A stretch of DNA of 64,000 nt from Anaerolineae bacterium (GTDB lineage Bacteria; Chloroflexota; Anaerolineae; JACRMK01), in contig JBBPZQ010000003.1 of the NCBI GenBank assembly GCA_038198935.1, forward strand, positions 8,271-72,270. Reading direction: 5' to 3'. The translations under genes were made by a program, and so were the position numbers. The notes under the pieces are model-generated. The model ran no database searches, was not told the DNA's origin, and saw only the letters and a list, made by a program, of their open reading frames with translations. Of the stretch, positions 59,849 through 64,000 are shown one piece after another (positions within the stretch are counted from its first letter, which is position 1; each line of letters starts with the position of its first letter).

Positions 59849-61559
59849 ACTTCGTCGGTTTGCCGTCGAGCCAGACATTCACGACCCACTCGCCGCCGTA
59901 GCCGTAGTCGGACTGCGGGTAGAAATTCTTGACCCACGGTTGCGACGCGATGGATTGAATCGTGACAGTGCCCGGCACTTCGTACATCTTTTCTGCAAGA
60001 TAGCGCTGAATCTCGAAGATCTGTTTCTTGCGGTCTGCCGCATCCAGTGTGCGCTGCTCCTTCTCGATCATCGCGGTCAGCGTCGGATCGTTGACGCTAG
60101 TGTGATTGCGCGCGCCGCTGGGATGGAAGTCGTTGAAGAAGTAGAGGTGCGGCTCCTGCACCGGCGTTTCCAAGCCCCACACCATCACGCCCGGATCGAA
60201 CTTGCCGAGATAGGTCGTGCCAATGTAGGAAGCGTATGGCTGCAAGCGCAAGTCAGCGATGATGCCGGCGTCTTTCAATTGCTTGACGACCAACTCCAGT
60301 CCTTGATTGAAGACGGGCCCGTACGCATCCACCGTGCTAATCATTGGGACCTTGATGCCGTCCGGATAACCCGCGTCAGCCAGCAGCTTCTTCGCGGCAG
60401 CCACGTCGCGCTTGAAATACTTCGCCGTTGGACCTTGATCGGGTCCGAGCGGATCGAGGTAGTACGAGTCAAGACCGGGCGGGATGAAGTTGTCGTAATG
60501 GCCGCGGCCTTCGTACAGCACCTTGATCGTCTCGTCACGATCGAGCGCGAGCGAGACGGCTTGGCGCACGCGCACGTCGTTGAACGGCGGCACGTTGACG
60601 TTCCAGTAGCCGAACGAAAGCAAGTTGTACGTGTAGTCGGTCATGACGATTTCGGGATTGGTGCCCAGCACCGACTTGCGGTCCACCTGACTGATGCCGG
60701 TCCAGTCAATAGACTTGCTGCGCAGACCCGCCACCGTTGTCGCCGCATCGGGGATGATGAGCAGCTGCACTTCATCCACGTAGGGCTGGCCCGTCAAGAA
60801 GTAATCGGGGTTGCGCTTGCCGACGACTGCGCTGCCCTTCTCGTATTTTTCAAAGGTGAAGGGGCCCGTGCCGATCGCGCGCTTGCTCGCGTCGCCGTCG
60901 GCGTCAATCAATTCCTTCGGCATGATCCAGAACATCGGCAGCGCGGCTACTGTTTCAAACGGCGCATACACGTCAGACAGTGTGAACATGACGGTGTTGG
61001 CGTCCACCGCTTTGACTTCCTTCACGATAGCGAGGTTAGTCTTCTGCGGAGAGACTTGCATGAAGCGATTGAACGAATATACCACGTCGTCGGCGGTTAC
61101 GGCGCGGCCACTCAGCGGCGCTTTGTTGTGCCACTTGGCGTTCTTGCGCAGATTGAACGTGTAGGTCAAGCCATCGCTTGAGACCTTCCACGACTCCGCC
61201 AGATCGCCGGTCGGAATGAAGGCATTCGCGGCAACGCCCGGCCCCGTCTTGAATTTCAACAGGCGACTATAAAAGAAGCCTGCAAACTCCTGACTGCGGA
61301 ACGATGTGTTCAGATACGGGTCTAATGTGGGCGGGTCGCCCACTTGCCAACTAATGACCAGACTGCCGCCGAGTTTCGGCTGCGCTTGTTGCGGCGGCTG
61401 CACCGCGCCTGTGGTAGCGCCAACCGTCGGCGCGGACGGCGCGCTCGTGGGCGACGATGGTGCGGTGGTGGACGGCGCACCACACGCAGCGATCAACAGC
61501 AAAAGCGCGAGCAGGGCGACGGCGATTTGCCAGCGATGAAACAGAGACTTTCCTTGCAT
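59847..61559 (-). CDS. ABC transporter substrate-binding lipoprotein (family 5)
   Basis: IAAC lipobox, DLAESW..S.DG.TYTF.LR, GTGPF, PFND.RVRQA. Confidence 0.93.
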   Translation of the reverse strand: MQGKSLFHRWQIAVALLALLLLIAACGAPSTTAPSSPTSAPSAPTVGATTGAVQPPQQAQPKLGGSLVISWQVGDPPTLDPYLNTSFRSQEFAGFFYSRLLKFKTGPGVAANAFIPTGDLAESWKVSSDGLTYTFNLRKNAKWHNKAPLSGRAVTADDVVYSFNRFMQVSPQKTNLAIVKEVKAVDANTVMFTLSDVYAPFETVAALPMFWIMPKELIDADGDASKRAIGTGPFTFEKYEKGSAVVGKRNPDYFLTGQPYVDEVQLLIIPDAATTVAGLRSKSIDWTGISQVDRKSVLGTNPEIVMTDYTYNLLSFGYWNVNVPPFNDVRVRQAVSLALDRDETIKVLYEGRGHYDNFIPPGLDSYYLDPLGPDQGPTAKYFKRDVAAAKKLLADAGYPDGIKVPMISTVDAYGPVFNQGLELVVKQLKDAGIIADLRLQPYASYIGTTYLGKFDPGVMVWGLETPVQEPHLYFFNDFHPSGARNHTSVNDPTLTAMIEKEQRTLDAADRKKQIFEIQRYLAEKMYEVPGTVTIQSIASQPWVKNFYPQSDYGYGGEWVVNVWLDGKPTK

Positions 61560-61583
61560 TTTCTTCCTCCTCCTTGGGAATGA

Positions 61584-61826
61584 TTAGGCTGTGAGCAATG
61601 CACAGCCACGATCAACACGGTCCAGTAAGTCAATGACGGCGCACCGTGACGCATTGCGACACGGCACAGGTTGAAGAACGAAAAGTGCGACGGACGGGGG
61701 ACATGAAATGACAGGGACTGCGGGAATAGACGGGGCACAAGCGGGCAGCGAACAACGGTTGCGGAGCGCGCATGCGAGCGACTGCCATCGTTGACGACGA
61801 CACAGGGCATAGATTTCTCGCCGCAT
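61584..61826 (-). CDS. Possible small Cys-rich leader ORF
   Basis: Strong RBS GAGGAGGTG before ATG, downstream of consensus promoter; no recognisable domain. Confidence 0.35.
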   Translation of the reverse strand: MRREIYALCRRQRWQSLACALRNRCSLPACAPSIPAVPVISCPPSVALFVLQPVPCRNASRCAVIDLLDRVDRGCALLTA

Positions 61827-61997
61827 GACACCTCCTCGCTAGTGTCACATGATCCGCGCGGATCACATGCTATTTACGACTCGCCCGCTAACGGCAACCG
61901 ACAGACCAAAGTTGAAACGACGGAGAGGTTAGGACTGATGCGCTGGGTGCGGGCTGTGTGGTAACGCGATCAACAGGACAGCCCTCGGAATGTCCGC

Positions 61998-62026
61998 ATT
62001 ATAGATAGATTCGATATTCGTGTCAA
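61998..62026 (-). promoter_or_regulatory. Consensus sigma70 promoter for ABC/catabolic operon
   Basis: Minus strand TTGACA-N17-TATAAT. Confidence 0.85.
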
Positions 62027-62215
62027 TGAAAGTTTTCTGCTGGCGATCCGCAGCCATTGCCGTGCCGTTGCCTAACACCAGCCCGAACTTGTGGCGGCAC
62101 CCCCAGAATTATTTGCGTTTGCTGATGGATACGTCAGGACGCTCACGACGGATTACAGCGGCGCAGATCTGGCACGTATGTAAGACCTATCACGTTGCTG
62201 TTGTAGATACCCCAA

Positions 62216-63760
62216 TCACGTCGTTTCGGTTGCCTGCTCCTCGTATATGCGGCGCAGTTCTTTGCGCAGCGTCTTGCCGATGATGTTCTTCGGCAGCGAC
62301 GAAACAACGGTCACGCGCTTCGGCGTTTTGAATTTAGCGATATGCTGTTGGCAGAACGTGATCACGTCGTCCTCACTCGCCGCCGCGCCGTTCTTCAACA
62401 CCACGAAGGCATGAACTTCTTGTCCCAGCGTTGCATCGGGCACGCCGATCACGCTGGCTTCTGCGACGGCGGAATGGTGGTACAACACTTCCTCGACTTC
62501 GCGCGGATAGATGTTCTCGCCGCCGCGAATGATCATATCATCTTTGCGCTCGACGATGTAGAGATAGCCGTCGTCGTCCATGCGCGCCATGTCGCCGGTG
62601 TGCAACCAGCCATTGCGCAGGACACGTGCGGTAAGGTCGGGTAAGTGGTAGTAGCCCTTCATCACGCACGGGCCGCGCACCACCAGTTCGCCGAGTTCCC
62701 CCACCGGCAGCGTGCAGTCGTCGTCGTCCACCACGCGCACCTCCGTGCCGAAAATCGGCAAGCCAATCGAGCCGCGCTTGTTCGGGCGATCGGCGCGATT
62801 GCTGGCGACGACGGGCGAGTATTCACTCAAGCCGTAGCCTTCGAGAATGGGTTGACCGATTTTCGCATCGAACACGCGCTGCACTTCGAGTGGCAGCGGC
62901 GCCGAGCCGCTGCCCCAACTCTTGACCGAACTCAAATCGTACTGGTCGAAGTTGGCATGATTGAGCATGTATGCATACATCGTGGGCACGCCGGAGAACT
63001 GCGTGACCTTGTGCTGTTGGATCAACTGCATCGCGCGCTCCGCCTCGAACCACGCCATCAGCATGTAGCGCGCGCCCGACAGAAAGCCGATGTTCATCAC
63101 GGTCAGTCCGTATGAATGCGCGAGCGGCAGTGCGAGCAGCGACACTGCATCTTCAGGCTTGGAGTTGTAATCGGTGCGCGCGAACTCGGCGGTGACGAAC
63201 GACAGTTTGGCGTTCGAATACAGATTGAGATGCGTGAGCATCACGCCCTTCGGTCGGCCCGTCGTACCTGACGTGTACAGCATCACGGCAACCTCGTGCG
63301 CGTCCGTGTCGCGCAGCGCGAACTCGTCGGGCTGATTACTCATTAAATGAGTAAAAGAGCGCTCGTCCGCGCCGTCTGCGCTGATGATGTGCCGCACGGT
63401 CGGCACGCTGTCCGCGGCTTGCTTCAGCTTGTCGAGAAAGATCGAACTCGTGATGACGACGCTGGCTTCGGAGTCGCGTAGGATGTATTCGACTTCATTC
63501 ACGCCGAGCAAGAACAACACGGGGATGACCGTCGCGCCGAGCCGCAGCAACGCTTGAAACGCGACGATGACCTCTGGGCTATTGGGCATCAACACCACGA
63601 CCTTGTCACCCGCGCCCACGCCAAGCGCTTGCAGACCGTGTGCAAGCCGATTCGCCATCCGCCGCAGTTCGACATTGCTGTACGGCTTGCCTTCAAACAC
63701 CAGAAAATCGTATGCGCCGAATTGTTTGATGTTATAGTCCGCCAACTCTGCAAGATTCAT
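62216..63760 (-). CDS. Long-chain acyl-CoA synthetase (AMP-forming)
   Basis: YTSGTTGRPKG, EGYGLSE, WLHTGD, RGGENIYP, GK. Confidence 0.93.
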   Translation of the reverse strand: MNLAELADYNIKQFGAYDFLVFEGKPYSNVELRRMANRLAHGLQALGVGAGDKVVVLMPNSPEVIVAFQALLRLGATVIPVLFLLGVNEVEYILRDSEASVVITSSIFLDKLKQAADSVPTVRHIISADGADERSFTHLMSNQPDEFALRDTDAHEVAVMLYTSGTTGRPKGVMLTHLNLYSNAKLSFVTAEFARTDYNSKPEDAVSLLALPLAHSYGLTVMNIGFLSGARYMLMAWFEAERAMQLIQQHKVTQFSGVPTMYAYMLNHANFDQYDLSSVKSWGSGSAPLPLEVQRVFDAKIGQPILEGYGLSEYSPVVASNRADRPNKRGSIGLPIFGTEVRVVDDDDCTLPVGELGELVVRGPCVMKGYYHLPDLTARVLRNGWLHTGDMARMDDDGYLYIVERKDDMIIRGGENIYPREVEEVLYHHSAVAEASVIGVPDATLGQEVHAFVVLKNGAAASEDDVITFCQQHIAKFKTPKRVTVVSSLPKNIIGKTLRKELRRIYEEQATETT

Positions 63761-63887
63761 GTGAACTCCTGCGGGAAGAAACCCGCGAGGTCTCTATGAG
63801 CTCGCGGGATTAGTACATCTTGTGCGCGATTGTAACAATGACGGGTTTGAATTGCAACCGAGTTGCGGTATACTCCCGCTGTAACCT

Positions 63888-63916
63888 ATAGGGGCGACTC
63901 GCCGAGTCGCCCCTAC
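63888..63916. repeat. GTAG-type REP
   Basis: ATAGGGGCGACTCGCCGAGTCGCCCCTAC. Confidence 0.75.
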
Positions 63917-63976
63917 CCTGTTGAGGAGGCGGCCCTACCCCGTCGAGGAGGCGTCCCCACCCTGTTGAGGAGACAA
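63911..63976 (+). repeat. Three 22-bp tandem repeats each containing GAGGAG
   Basis: CCCTACCCTGTTGAGGAGGCGG / CCCTACCCCGTCGAGGAGGCGT / CCCCACCCTGTTGAGGAGACAA. Confidence 0.8.
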
Positions 63977-64000
63977 TGTCAGATGAACAACTGATCGCCG
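63976..64000 (+). CDS. 5' fragment of divergent CDS (MSDEQLIA...)
   Basis: ATG after GAGGAG; TATACT -10 at 63869-63874. Confidence 0.5.

Noticed and set aside
61560-61990. Known riboswitch in the long leader
   Set aside because: No TPP, cobalamin, SAM, FMN or T-box consensus recognised by eye; an Rfam scan is needed to exclude one.
63911-63976. Possible mini CRISPR array
   Set aside because: Repeats are directly tandem with no unique spacers, and no cas genes are present.

Overview
GC-rich bacterial chromosomal segment, almost entirely encoded on the minus strand. Gene content and a recurring L/Y-F/Y-L-P-L-x-x-R/K surface-protein motif suggest Chloroflexota (inference). Positions 1-38 kb form a large cell-envelope glycosylation locus. 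It holds GT2/GT4 glycosyltransferases, a polyprenol-phosphate glycosyltransferase, a priming sugar transferase, a flippase-like protein, an orphan Wzt ATPase and six polytopic GT-C-like proteins (one DUF2723/TMEM260-like, one PIG-V-like). It also holds a membrane-tethered heparinase/lyase-like protein, Pro/Thr-rich and beta-helix surface proteins, and PAPS-synthesis genes (cysC plus a sat fused to an alkaline-phosphatase-superfamily domain). An MFS/MarR pair follows. Positions 40-64 kb form an acyl-CoA catabolic cluster (two ACADs, MaoC, Cys-less thiolase + DUF35, SDR pair, CoA ligases, peptide-type ABC importer) interleaved with unrelated passenger genes. The DNA is dense in small repeats: sequence-diverse heptamer/octamer/nonamer inverted tandem repeats at gene junctions, GTAG-type REPs, two tiny MITEs with target-site duplications, and REP-like elements read in frame inside proteins, including the linker of the Sat fusion. 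No rRNA, tRNA, CRISPR array or transposase was recognised. All product calls come from motif recognition, not database searches.
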